A stretch of 64,000 nt of DNA, from positions 175,788 to 239,787 of the forward strand of contig DJJA01000003.1 of assembly GCA_002433895.1 (NCBI GenBank), read 5' to 3'. Position 1 is the stretch's first letter; every line of letters starts with the position of its first letter. Made by a program: the position numbers and the translations under genes. This document shows, in pieces, positions 46,103 to 55,800 of this stretch. Below the pieces are notes generated by a model, which searched no databases, was not told where the DNA came from, and saw only the letters and a program-made list of their open reading frames with translations. Source of the stretch: Candidatus Gottesmanbacteria bacterium UBA6580 (lineage in GTDB: Bacteria > Patescibacteriota > Microgenomatia > UBA10105 > UBA927).

Positions 46103-46651
46103 ATGAAAAAAATGTATACACATATATTTGGCGTGGTGGGTTTGATTATGTTTGCTTTTATTGTACCTTCTGTGTCCGCGGCAACCCCGGCGCCATCGGT
46201 AAAAATGACAACAACGCCCGTTGCAACGCCGACACCCATCGTCTATGTATTGCCGTATCCGGGGATTTTACCGACCCATCCATTATATGTATTTAAATCC
46301 CTTCGGGATAAAATTATAGAACTACTCATCGCAGATGCAGTGCATAAGGCTGATTTTTATATCCTGCAAGCGGATAAAAAGCTTAATATGGGGGCAACGC
46401 TGTGGGATCTCAAAAAAACTACAGAAGCCCGCGCCGTGTGGGCAGAGGCAATTGCGTCACGTACCCGGGCGGTAACAGTCCTTAAGGATTACACGAAGTC
46501 AGGTGGCTCTCTGCAAGGGCACCTGGTGGAAAAACTGATGCTCTCATTGGGAAAGCATAAAGAAGTGCTGGAAGCCGCGGGAGAAAAGGTGGACGGGGTT
46601 GCGGCACTTGAGGCAGACGTCTCACAAAATTTGGGGTCGGTTACCCAATAA
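46103..46651 (+). CDS. Secreted DUF5667-like protein
   Basis: Signal peptide, then LPYPGILPTHPLYVFKSLRD, the LPGSPLY..K motif of DUF5667. Confidence 0.45.
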   Translation: MKKMYTHIFGVVGLIMFAFIVPSVSAATPAPSVKMTTTPVATPTPIVYVLPYPGILPTHPLYVFKSLRDKIIELLIADAVHKADFYILQADKKLNMGATLWDLKKTTEARAVWAEAIASRTRAVTVLKDYTKSGGSLQGHLVEKLMLSLGKHKEVLEAAGEKVDGVAALEADVSQNLGSVTQ

Positions 46652-46885
46652 GAGTATACGATAACCCAAGTATAGATTGTTCTATTGGACTGTTCTAAAG
46701 ATCGTCCTCATACACATTATCTGTTCAGGGAGCGCTGCTCTGTGCAAAAAGTGAGTGGGACGCGCGGTTTTTCACCGTACTTTTCCCTCAAAAAAATTTC
46801 ACGAGGCTAGCAAATTTGACTGATGTAATTTGATCGGGAAGTTGCCAGTTGACTGCCCACTGTTAGTGTTTTAGGATTTCTGAGT

Positions 46886-46901
46886 ACACCATACATAGTG
46901 T
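46886..46901. promoter_or_regulatory. Candidate NrdR box upstream of nrdR-nrdJ
   Basis: ACACCATACATAGTGT fits the NrdR-box palindrome ACAC.ATA.AT.GTGT. It lies 44 nt upstream of the nrdR ATG. Confidence 0.4.
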
Positions 46902-46944
46902 TTCAGGGTTTCACGGGATACATGCCTACGTTGAAGAGTTTACG

Positions 46945-47400
46945 ATGAAATGCCCATATTGCTCACACAACGACACCGACGTTATCGAAACAAGGGATAG
47001 TGAAGACCTTGCTGTAACACGACGAAGAAGAGGGTGCGGCAAATGCGGAAAACGGTTTACGACATACGAACGGATAGAGACGGTGCCGCTTACAGTTATA
47101 AAGAAAGATAACCGGAGAGAGCCATTTGACAGGGAAAAATTGGAACGCGGCATTTGGCGGGCAAGCGGAAAAACAACACTGAAGGCAGGGGACGTGCGGC
47201 GGGTTGTAGACGAGGTCGAGCGGGAGCTTATTGGAGGAAATACGACGGAAGTGGCGAGTAAGAAAATTGGAGAGTTGGTAGCAAAAAGACTCAAAAAACT
47301 CGATAAAATCGCCTTTATCAGATTTGCGAGCGTATTTAAACAATTTGTAGACCTCGAAGAGTTCGAGGGAGAATTAAAAAAATTAATTAAAAAGAAATAA
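46945..47400 (+). CDS. nrdR: Transcriptional repressor NrdR
   Basis: MKCPYCSHNDTDVIETRDSEDLAVTRRRRGCGKCGKRFTTYERIE, a zinc ribbon plus ATP-cone. Confidence 0.9.
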   Translation: MKCPYCSHNDTDVIETRDSEDLAVTRRRRGCGKCGKRFTTYERIETVPLTVIKKDNRREPFDREKLERGIWRASGKTTLKAGDVRRVVDEVERELIGGNTTEVASKKIGELVAKRLKKLDKIAFIRFASVFKQFVDLEEFEGELKKLIKKK

Positions 47401-47403
47401 CTT

Positions 47404-49875
47404 ATGGACACAAACTTCACCGGCATCCGGAAAACAGTATTCACCGACCGCTACGCGTTAAAAGATGAAAAGGGCGTGGCGATAGAGCAGTCCCCAGAAG
47501 AAATGTGGCGCCGCGTCGCGGGAGCCGTTGCTCTGATGGAAAAAAAGGACGACCGGAAGCTTTGGGAAGATAAGTTTTATGACGCGATGAAAGACTTTGT
47601 ACTGGTCCCTGGCGGCCGGATACTTTCCGGGGCGGGCACCGGATATAAAGTAACATTTTATAATTGTTTTGTTATCCCCAGCCCCCACGATTCACGGGGA
47701 GGCATCCTTACAACGCTGTCTCAGATGGTAGAAATTATGTCCCGTGGAGGAGGCGTTGGAATAAACTTGTCCAGTCTGCGGCCCCGCGGCTCGCGGGTGC
47801 AGAAAGTAAACGGATTTTCCTCGGGACCATGTAACTGGGCGGAGCTGTTTTCTGTCGCGACGAAAGATATTATCCAGCAAGGCGGGAGCCGCCGGGGTGC
47901 TTTGATGCTTATGTTGTGGGACTGGCATCCTGATATCGAAGAATTCATCACCGTGAAGCAGGATTTGGCGCGCATAAATGGTGCAAACCTTTCTGTGTGT
48001 GTATCAGATTCTTTCATGGCTGCCGTGAAGAACGATGAAGATTGGGAGTTAAAATTTCCTGATCCGAAAGATCCTGACTACGACACAAAGTGGGATGGCT
48101 ATATGCCAAACTGGATCGCGTTAGGGAAAAAACCGGTTGTGCACAAAACGATAAAAGCACGGGCGTTGTGGGATCTGGTTGCAACCGCAGCCTGGAAGAG
48201 TGCTGAGCCGGGAGTCGTGTTCATGGAACGGTACAACAAGCAATTTAACAACTCATACTACGAGTACATAAATTGTGTAAATCCCTGCGGAGAAGAAGGG
48301 TTGCCGAATTGGGGAGTATGTAATCTGACATCAATCAATTTATCCGCGTTGGTTTCTGAGAGCGGTGAAATGGATTATGAGCGGCTTGCGGAGGTTGCCA
48401 AAATCGGCGTCCGGTTCCAAGACGATATTATCGATGCTGACTACTATGTATTTGATCAGATCAAAGAAGTGCAGCTGCGGGGCGAGCGCAGGATCGGCTT
48501 AGGAACCATGGGGCTTGGCGACGCGCTCATTAAAATGAAGCTCCGATATGGATCTGAAGAAAGTCTCGCGGTCATTGATAAAATTTACCGGACGATCCGT
48601 GACGCAGCATACGAATCTTCGGTAGACCTTGCCCGCGAAAAGGGAGCGTTTCCGAAAATTAATAAAACCAAACACCTCGAAGCCTATTTTATAAAAAAGC
48701 TTCCGGAAACGATACGTAAAAAAATGAAGCGGTACGGGGTGCGGAATTCTATGATTTTGCAACAGGCTCCCACCGGCTCCACCTCGCTTATGGTAGGAGT
48801 ATCGAGCGGTATTGAGCCTGTGTATGAATTTGAGTTCATACGGCGTGACCGTTTGGGAGAGCATATCCTGCGGCACCCGTTGTATGAAGCGTGGCTTCAG
48901 GAATTTAAAGCCGCAAACGGAAGAGATCCCAATAAAGATGAGCGGCCGGACTATTTTGTGTCCGCAAACGACCTGACACCGGAAGATCATGTGCGGGTGC
49001 AGGCGGCAATACAGCAATACGTCGATGCGTCTATCAGTAAAACGGTGAACGCGCCAAAAACTCACACGATAGAAGACGTAAAACGCCTTTACACGTTAGC
49101 GTATGAATTGGGATGTAAAGGAATTGCGTATATGCGTGAAGGGAGCCGTGAGGGGGTGTTAACGCGTAAAGAAGAAGAAACGAAAAAAGAAGAAATTAAA
49201 CAAGTAGCTGCTCCCGCGATGATGGCCGCGGAGGTAAAGCCCCGGCCAGCGGTGGTACACGGTTCGACCTATCAGATAGAAACCCCGATGGGCCAGGCGT
49301 ATATCACTATTAATACCAATGGCGGCGAACAGCCACTTGAGGTGTTTGTGAATGTCGGAAAAGCAGGGAGCGATGTAACTGCTATGGCAGAAGCGATGGG
49401 GCGGCTTATCTCCCTCGTCTTGCGGGTCGCGTCCCCGATTTCCCCGATGGAGCGTGCGCACCGCGTCGCAAGCGAGCTTATCGGTATCGGTGGAGCACGG
49501 AGTCTCGGATTTGGAGAAAACAGGGTGCGGAGTCTTCCCGATGCGGTAGCCAAAGCGATTGACCGGCATTTTGGATTCTTTGCGAAACACCGGGTGGATG
49601 CGCCGATAGCAGCTCCTGTCGCAAACGGTAATGCAATAAATGGCAATGGTCATGCCGCAGAGCAAGCGAACGGTCATGCGCCGGCTACAGTTGTGGCAAG
49701 CGCTGGACCCCATGTGGAACCCGCGGAGAACCCGATGACAGTTCCCGCCACCCACATGATGCTTACCGAACGGCGGATGGTAACCGTTGATCTATGCCCG
49801 AGTTGTGGAGAGGGAAGCCTTGTGTTTGAGGAATCGTGCAAAAAATGCTACTCGTGCGGGTATTCTGAGTGTTAA
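47404..49875 (+). CDS. nrdJ: Adenosylcobalamin-dependent (class II) ribonucleotide reductase
   Basis: 823 aa. Class II RNR core (NPCGEEGLPNWGVCNL, SKTVNAPKT) and a C-terminal Cys-rich tail (CPSCGEGSLVFEESCKKCYSCGYSEC). Confidence 0.85.
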   Translation: MDTNFTGIRKTVFTDRYALKDEKGVAIEQSPEEMWRRVAGAVALMEKKDDRKLWEDKFYDAMKDFVLVPGGRILSGAGTGYKVTFYNCFVIPSPHDSRGGILTTLSQMVEIMSRGGGVGINLSSLRPRGSRVQKVNGFSSGPCNWAELFSVATKDIIQQGGSRRGALMLMLWDWHPDIEEFITVKQDLARINGANLSVCVSDSFMAAVKNDEDWELKFPDPKDPDYDTKWDGYMPNWIALGKKPVVHKTIKARALWDLVATAAWKSAEPGVVFMERYNKQFNNSYYEYINCVNPCGEEGLPNWGVCNLTSINLSALVSESGEMDYERLAEVAKIGVRFQDDIIDADYYVFDQIKEVQLRGERRIGLGTMGLGDALIKMKLRYGSEESLAVIDKIYRTIRDAAYESSVDLAREKGAFPKINKTKHLEAYFIKKLPETIRKKMKRYGVRNSMILQQAPTGSTSLMVGVSSGIEPVYEFEFIRRDRLGEHILRHPLYEAWLQEFKAANGRDPNKDERPDYFVSANDLTPEDHVRVQAAIQQYVDASISKTVNAPKTHTIEDVKRLYTLAYELGCKGIAYMREGSREGVLTRKEEETKKEEIKQVAAPAMMAAEVKPRPAVVHGSTYQIETPMGQAYITINTNGGEQPLEVFVNVGKAGSDVTAMAEAMGRLISLVLRVASPISPMERAHRVASELIGIGGARSLGFGENRVRSLPDAVAKAIDRHFGFFAKHRVDAPIAAPVANGNAINGNGHAAEQANGHAPATVVASAGPHVEPAENPMTVPATHMMLTERRMVTVDLCPSCGEGSLVFEESCKKCYSCGYSEC

Positions 49876-49969
49876 TGTCATTCCCGCCTCCGGGCCGGAA
49901 TCTAAGTACTTGGGATTACGAGATAGATCCTGAATCAAGCTTGCCTCGCTGAGTCGAAGAGGGCTCAGG

Positions 49970-50536
49970 ATGACAAAAAAACATATGCCTATCTATACCA
50001 AAACCGGTGACACCGGTTCTACATCACTCTTTGGCGGGAAGCGCGTACTAAAATGCGAAGAGTTAGTTGATGTATACGGATCCATAGACGAACTTAATTC
50101 CTGGGTCGGAAAAGTCGGGAGTGATATAGATTCCCCCGATGTGCAAACATTTCTATCCAGCGTCCAATCGGATTTGTTTACCATAGGAAGTCATCTTGCG
50201 GGATGGAAGGCTGATCTCAAGGATTTGCCGCGCCGGGTAAAAGAAATGGAAGAACGCATCGATGTATTGGATGACAAATTGCCGAAACTTACAAATTTTA
50301 TATTACCTGGTGGCAATAGACTTGCGTCAGATATACACCTCGCGCGCGCGGTTTGTAGAAGAGTGGAGCGGCAAACGGTTGCCCTGGGACAAAAAGAGAA
50401 GGTGGATCCGAAGATATTTATTTATTTAAACCGTCTTTCAGATTTGTTTTTTATGCTGGCAAGGTTTATTAACCACGAAGCAGGAATTGTAGAAATCACG
50501 TGGCAAGGTATTGACCGAAGCCCGGAAAAACAGTAA
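49970..50536 (+). CDS. PduO-type ATP:cob(I)alamin adenosyltransferase
   Basis: MPIYTKTGDTGSTSLFGGKRV... is the canonical PduO/MMAB N-terminus. Confidence 0.8.
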   Translation: MTKKHMPIYTKTGDTGSTSLFGGKRVLKCEELVDVYGSIDELNSWVGKVGSDIDSPDVQTFLSSVQSDLFTIGSHLAGWKADLKDLPRRVKEMEERIDVLDDKLPKLTNFILPGGNRLASDIHLARAVCRRVERQTVALGQKEKVDPKIFIYLNRLSDLFFMLARFINHEAGIVEITWQGIDRSPEKQ

Positions 50537-50814
50537 AAAGAGTAGTCAGTAAGGATAAGAGGAACGCTGTGACCATCTCCGGTTCGTATTGTTGATGCGA
50601 TGCGGGAAAGGAATTCAGCGACTGTGCCGCAACGGTGATCCGCCTGCAGAGGTGGAAAGTCCGGAACTCCCCCTTACGTTGTATCCCGAGCAGGAGTGTT
50701 ATGAAAAAAATATACAGCGCCCCTTTTATTGCCGTGTTTTTCCCCGTGGATACTATTGGTTATTTTTTTTACGGTCATTTTCCGCAGACCGTATTACCGC
50801 GTAGGTAACCATAT

Positions 50815-52809
50815 ATGGAAAAAATTTTCATGCCGCATCAGTACGCAAAAAAATACGCTTCCGACCATGAGGGCAAAGACGCGGTTATCAACCGGATGAG
50901 AAGAGCACGTAAAGTCGACGAAATTATCGAAGATGCCAGGGCGGCGCAAAAACCGGAATGGCGGGGAGATCATAGCTTCAGTTCTGACGCAGCGCGATAT
51001 TCACTTACGCATTTCGTTGAGCCGGAAGTTGCCCGCGAGCACCCAGACTGGACGACATCACAGATTAAAGAACACGCCAAAGAGCGTTTTGAGAAGCGCC
51101 TGGCGCAGGATTTATCGTATGAACACCGGGAAACAGTACACGAGGAGTCACAAGTGCATTGGCGTCCGGTGCAAACAGAGAACGGGTGGGAACTGGCAAC
51201 GGAGTACGGTGACAAACTGGTGACGCTTAATGAACTGTGGGATCACACAAAAGAATACGCAGCATTCGTGGGAAATGTCGCAGCATACAATCCCGAAGAA
51301 CACCGTGCACAGTTGGCAATGCAGGACGCGCTTATCAATGATGGATCACGGGGTTTTGTCAGTGTGTTGTCGCATCCTGATGCGGTGAGGTACGTACAGA
51401 TTTGGCAAAAGTCAGAAAATGGCGATATCCAATCCCGTCATGTGGATTTATTCGCGACAACGGGTAGGGACTTTTCGCCCCAGGAAGCGGCAGAACTTAT
51501 ATCTCATCTTGCTGATTATCACGGTGAAACAGACCGTATACCGCAGGGAACAAGCGAAGGTTCATACGCGCACTTTTTTGTAAGTCACGGTTATATTGAG
51601 GAAGGGGACGTGAGGACATTTGCGATTGCACAGACTATTCGTGTTGATGCCGCAGAATTTACGGGCGATGATGGCCGGAATATTCGCTCCTCCCATCTCA
51701 TCGGTGCGGTAGCGCGGGATACAAAAGATGCGGTGTTGTCGTTCGGCGCGTATATCCACGAACAGATACAGGAAAAAATACAATCCATGAGGCTCGGTAT
51801 AACGGAGCGTCCGGAAAAGAATGTGCCTCATCAAAGCGCTAAAGCGCGGAAAAAATATATACAGAGAAAACATACAGAGACTGCCTTTACGGCGGGGATA
51901 GCCCCCGAAATGAACGTATCCATAAACAAAGCGGCCGAATTTACCGGCATGAAATCGGTTCTTTCCGAGTGGTGGATATCCCGTACTATCGTGGCGTTTG
52001 TTCCACATGTGCCGGTGGCAGCACCGGCTGCCGTGTACTGGTTTGCGGAATTTTCCGGCGCACATGAAATTAAAAAACATGCTGATGGAGCGCCCACGGC
52101 TGAAAACGGAGTACAACGTGATGTGGCCAAGCGGGGAGCGCCAGCACGGGATATATTAACAGTGTGGAAAGCCTTGGTATCAAAAATATATACATTTCGT
52201 ATAACACCGGAGAAGAGGAAGAAGGATATTGTCTCTCAAACAAATAAACAGGAAAAGGTTGCTGAACAAAAATTACGTCCGCGTGAACGTCGTATTGAAG
52301 TGCCGCATGTGGATGATAAGACAGATCAACGGTTCGCGTTGGTGTACGAGGTAGCGCGTGTATGTTCCCAACTTTTCGGTAATGATGATGGAAGAAGGAA
52401 GCGCAAAGATATTGCGGTGGCGGTGCGCCGAGGGCAACCGCGGCAGAGTGAAGCATTGAGGAGCAGTGAAGCAGCAATAGCGTCGTTGGTTGGCCGATTT
52501 TTGTTTGCTGCCAGTATATGGGAACTATGCCGTATTCCGTTTCACGCAATAACCGGCGCGCATCGCCCTGATGAAAAAAGTAATGTGCCGCTTGCCCAAA
52601 GAGAACAGCACGACGCGAAAATCGTTGAAGACGAGACTACTTCGTTTCCGTGGATTCTCCTCTCTATTATTTGGCATCTTACTCTCATGCGCGAGGCCGC
52701 GCTTACTGCTCCTACGCAACAACAGCGCCAGCGGACACAAGTGAAAGGAAAAAATACGCCGTTACCTCAGCAAGGCGTAATATTTACGTATCACTTCGTG
52801 ATAGAATAA
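50815..52809 (+). CDS. Large hypothetical protein (664 aa), no recognised domains
   Basis: Long ORF with many overlapping antisense ORFs, which is typical of a real gene. It lies immediately upstream of the T4CP-like ATPase with 5-nt and 16-nt gaps. Confidence 0.4.
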   Translation: MEKIFMPHQYAKKYASDHEGKDAVINRMRRARKVDEIIEDARAAQKPEWRGDHSFSSDAARYSLTHFVEPEVAREHPDWTTSQIKEHAKERFEKRLAQDLSYEHRETVHEESQVHWRPVQTENGWELATEYGDKLVTLNELWDHTKEYAAFVGNVAAYNPEEHRAQLAMQDALINDGSRGFVSVLSHPDAVRYVQIWQKSENGDIQSRHVDLFATTGRDFSPQEAAELISHLADYHGETDRIPQGTSEGSYAHFFVSHGYIEEGDVRTFAIAQTIRVDAAEFTGDDGRNIRSSHLIGAVARDTKDAVLSFGAYIHEQIQEKIQSMRLGITERPEKNVPHQSAKARKKYIQRKHTETAFTAGIAPEMNVSINKAAEFTGMKSVLSEWWISRTIVAFVPHVPVAAPAAVYWFAEFSGAHEIKKHADGAPTAENGVQRDVAKRGAPARDILTVWKALVSKIYTFRITPEKRKKDIVSQTNKQEKVAEQKLRPRERRIEVPHVDDKTDQRFALVYEVARVCSQLFGNDDGRRKRKDIAVAVRRGQPRQSEALRSSEAAIASLVGRFLFAASIWELCRIPFHAITGAHRPDEKSNVPLAQREQHDAKIVEDETTSFPWILLSIIWHLTLMREAALTAPTQQQRQRTQVKGKNTPLPQQGVIFTYHFVIE

Positions 52810-52813
52810 TTAT

Positions 52814-53263
52814 ATGGATAACCTGCCTACTACAGCGCCATCTCCAATAACTCCTCCGTCCGCCGCGGCTGCGCCTTTGCAGCAGGCAGCTACGGGTAGT
52901 ATGGCAAAAGAAGCAGCACCCATAGTAACAACGCCGGAAGCCCCGGTGGTTACTGAAATCGGTAAGGAAGTAACGCTTCCTCCCGAAGTGGCAAGTGCCG
53001 GTGTCAGGATGCAATCCGATACAGTAGTGCTTCCGAAACCTTTGCAGGATTTGGGGGTGACTGCTGTCGGACCGGCCGCAAAAGCGCCCGCACACACTCC
53101 AACGGTGGTGTTACCGCTTAATGACGATCAGATTGCGATGGGTCTACATCAAAGCCTGTTAACTTCTTGGCGGTGGCTTGCGGAGTGGTGTAATAGACAG
53201 TTGCGGTCGGTTCATCTGACACTAAAAACGGTGCACGGTAAAATAGTCCGGGCGGAAGCCTGA
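52814..53263 (+). CDS. Pro/Ala/Thr-rich hypothetical protein (149 aa)
   Basis: Low-complexity N-terminus (PSPITPPSAAAAPLQQAATG... TTPEAPVVTE). Confidence 0.35.
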   Translation: MDNLPTTAPSPITPPSAAAAPLQQAATGSMAKEAAPIVTTPEAPVVTEIGKEVTLPPEVASAGVRMQSDTVVLPKPLQDLGVTAVGPAAKAPAHTPTVVLPLNDDQIAMGLHQSLLTSWRWLAEWCNRQLRSVHLTLKTVHGKIVRAEA

Positions 53264-53278
53264 TGCATTTATATACGT

Positions 53279-55627
53279 ATGCCTGTAGAAACAGCAGATA
53301 TTCTTTACCAATTACAAGTCTTGGGTGTTGCCCTGCTTATCCTGACATTTTGTCTTTTGGGGTTTGCTGTTTTGGGATATGCCCTGTTTATCCTGTGGAA
53401 GTACAGGGACCGGGAAAAGCACTCCATGGAATATGTGCTGCTTCAGGTGGCAACCCCCCGGGACAATGAAATAAAAATTGACGCGGCAGAACAGGTGTTC
53501 GCTAGTTTGCATGCGATGTATCACGGGGGATTTTGGTCATTCTTGAAACCACAGGAGCATATTTCATTTGAAATAGTCGCGAAGCTCGAGGATATACGTT
53601 TTTATATTGCCGCACCGAAACACGCGGTTGATTCGGTTGAAAAACAAATTCACGGGTCATACCCGGGGGCGGATATAAAAATTGTTGATGAATACAATAT
53701 TTTTAATGAAAACGGCAAAGTGGCATTTGCCGCGCTTGCACCCAAGAATTCGGATTATTTACCTATCCGAATATACCGGGATCTTCCGATTGATCCATTG
53801 TCATCGTTAACATCCGTACTCGCGAAAATGTCCGAAGGTGAGGGTGCCGCGGTGCAAATACTCGTGCAGCCAACTGGTGGTAAGTGGGCAGGATTGGGTC
53901 GCTCATACATATCAAAAACTAAGAAAAACGAGGCTAATCCAGAAAAAGCGAGCTTTAAAGTTGATCAAAAAACACTCGAAGCTATTGAGCAAAAAGTAAG
54001 TAAACCTGGGTTTAATACCGTTATCCGTATTGTGGTAAGTGCGAAGACCAAAGAAGCTGCTGATGCTCATTTGGAAAATATAATAACGGCATTCCACCAA
54101 TTTTCTTCGGATCACAACCATTTTTCAAAAGTGAAACATCCGATGCGGAAGTTTTTTATGATTGATTTTATTTACCGGTATTTCCCGATGGTAAATTTGC
54201 CGTTTTTTAAACAGTATGGAGTATTAAATAGTGATGAACTCGCGACGTTATTCCATTTGCCCAATAAATCCATAGAAACACCGCATATCTATTGGCTCAA
54301 CGCAAAGCGGGCGCCCGCACCGATGCAGATTGCAACGAGCGGCCTTTATATCGGAGTATCGCGGTACAGAGGCGTGGATAGATCCATATTTATTGGCGAC
54401 GACGATAGGCGCCGGCATCTTTACATCATCGGAAAAACCGGTACCGGTAAATCACAATTGCTGGAAGAGCTTGTCATTCAGGATGTGAAAGCGGGGAAGG
54501 GTTTAGCAGTTATCGATCCGCACGGAGATTTAATTGACGGAATTCTCGCGCGTATTCCGGCAGAGCGGGCAGAAGACGTGATTTATTTTGATCCCTCGGA
54601 CGGTGAGCGCCCTATGGGGCTGAACATGTTGGAGGCACAAACCGAAGAGCAAAAACATTTTGTGGTTACCTCCATCGTGGGGCTTATGTATAAGCTGTAT
54701 GATCCACAGAAAACGGGTATTATCGGCCCCCGGTTTGAACACGCGGTCAGAAACGCAATGTTGACGGTGATGAGTGAACCGGGTAGCACGTTTATCGAGG
54801 TGGTGCGTATCCTGACTGACGCAAATTTTGTGCAGGAGTTACTACCCAAAGTGCAGGATCCGATTATCCGTCGGTATTGGACTGATCAGATCGCGCAGAC
54901 CGCCGACTTTCATAAATCAGAAGTGTTGGATTATATCGTTTCCAAATTCGGCAGGTTCGTTACCAACAAACTGATGCGAAATATCATAGGGCAGTCCGAA
55001 TCGAGTTTTAATTTCCGCAAGGTAATGGACGAAGGGAAAATATTACTTGTGAACTTATCAAAAGGGAAACTCGGTGAGGAAAACAGTAATTTCCTTGGTT
55101 TGATTTTGGTACCCCGTATCCTGATCGCGGCAATGAGCAGGCAGGATATTCCGGAGTCCCAGCGGCGGGATTTTTATCTCTATGTCGACGAGTTCCAAAA
55201 TTTTGCTACCCCAGATTTCGCACAAATACTTTCTGAGGCGCGGAAATACCGCCTGAGCTTAACAGTCGCAAACCAATTTATCGGTCAAATGGAAGAAGAA
55301 GTGAAAAACGCAGTGTTCGGAAATGTCGGAACACTTATTACTTTCCGTGTGGGAGTAACCGACGCAAATTATTTGCAGCATGAATATAGTCCGACGTTTA
55401 ATGAAATCGACCTTATCAATATAGATAAATATAACGCTTACGTAAAAACGATTGTGCATAACGAGCCAGTGAAGCCATTTTCGGTAGATATGGCAAAAGA
55501 TATGAGTGTGGTTATGGCAGAACGTAACGCTGAAGTAGCGAAAGCAATTATACAGTTATCCCGCCTCAAATACGGACAGGCGCGTGAGTTAATCGAAGCG
55601 GAAATTCAGCAGCGCGCGAGATTATAA
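53279..55627 (+). CDS. VirD4/TraG/TraD-like type IV coupling protein family ATPase (DUF87/TraM-recognition-domain-like) with N-terminal TM helices
   Basis: Two N-terminal TMs. Walker A YIIGKTGTGKSQLL followed by AVIDPHGDL (the DPKG-like motif of T4CP/VirB4/HerA ATPases). Walker B LYVDEFQNF. 782 aa. Confidence 0.6.
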   Translation: MPVETADILYQLQVLGVALLILTFCLLGFAVLGYALFILWKYRDREKHSMEYVLLQVATPRDNEIKIDAAEQVFASLHAMYHGGFWSFLKPQEHISFEIVAKLEDIRFYIAAPKHAVDSVEKQIHGSYPGADIKIVDEYNIFNENGKVAFAALAPKNSDYLPIRIYRDLPIDPLSSLTSVLAKMSEGEGAAVQILVQPTGGKWAGLGRSYISKTKKNEANPEKASFKVDQKTLEAIEQKVSKPGFNTVIRIVVSAKTKEAADAHLENIITAFHQFSSDHNHFSKVKHPMRKFFMIDFIYRYFPMVNLPFFKQYGVLNSDELATLFHLPNKSIETPHIYWLNAKRAPAPMQIATSGLYIGVSRYRGVDRSIFIGDDDRRRHLYIIGKTGTGKSQLLEELVIQDVKAGKGLAVIDPHGDLIDGILARIPAERAEDVIYFDPSDGERPMGLNMLEAQTEEQKHFVVTSIVGLMYKLYDPQKTGIIGPRFEHAVRNAMLTVMSEPGSTFIEVVRILTDANFVQELLPKVQDPIIRRYWTDQIAQTADFHKSEVLDYIVSKFGRFVTNKLMRNIIGQSESSFNFRKVMDEGKILLVNLSKGKLGEENSNFLGLILVPRILIAAMSRQDIPESQRRDFYLYVDEFQNFATPDFAQILSEARKYRLSLTVANQFIGQMEEEVKNAVFGNVGTLITFRVGVTDANYLQHEYSPTFNEIDLINIDKYNAYVKTIVHNEPVKPFSVDMAKDMSVVMAERNAEVAKAIIQLSRLKYGQARELIEAEIQQRARL

Positions 55628-55800
55628 AATATCCCGGGAGGACGCCCTATATTTTTTTTCGGTACTGCTTTCCGCATGTCGGAATAAAAGCCGCTATTGA
55701 TTTTTTTCCTGTTAATTTTGCATTCGTCTCTTTACAACATAAAACAAACATGTAATGCTCTGTAAATATTCTATAAATATTTTGTAGATATATTTTTTTC

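Noticed and set aside
48499-49755. Minus-strand ORFs of 188 and 198 aa inside nrdJ
   Set aside because: They are antisense to a well-supported class II RNR gene. Cys/Arg/His-rich translations are typical of antisense frames.
50537-50814. Possible cobalamin riboswitch after pduO (GGGAAAGG..., GCGACTGTG, GGTGATCCGCC)
   Set aside because: The motif order and B12-box do not match the Rfam cobalamin architecture. GCCACTG is absent, and AGGGAA comes before rather than after the GGTG..TCC element.
51562-52549. Antisense ORFs inside the 664-aa gene (184 aa and 159 aa on the minus strand)
   Set aside because: They lie entirely antisense to a long ORF and are a typical GC-rich-frame artefact.
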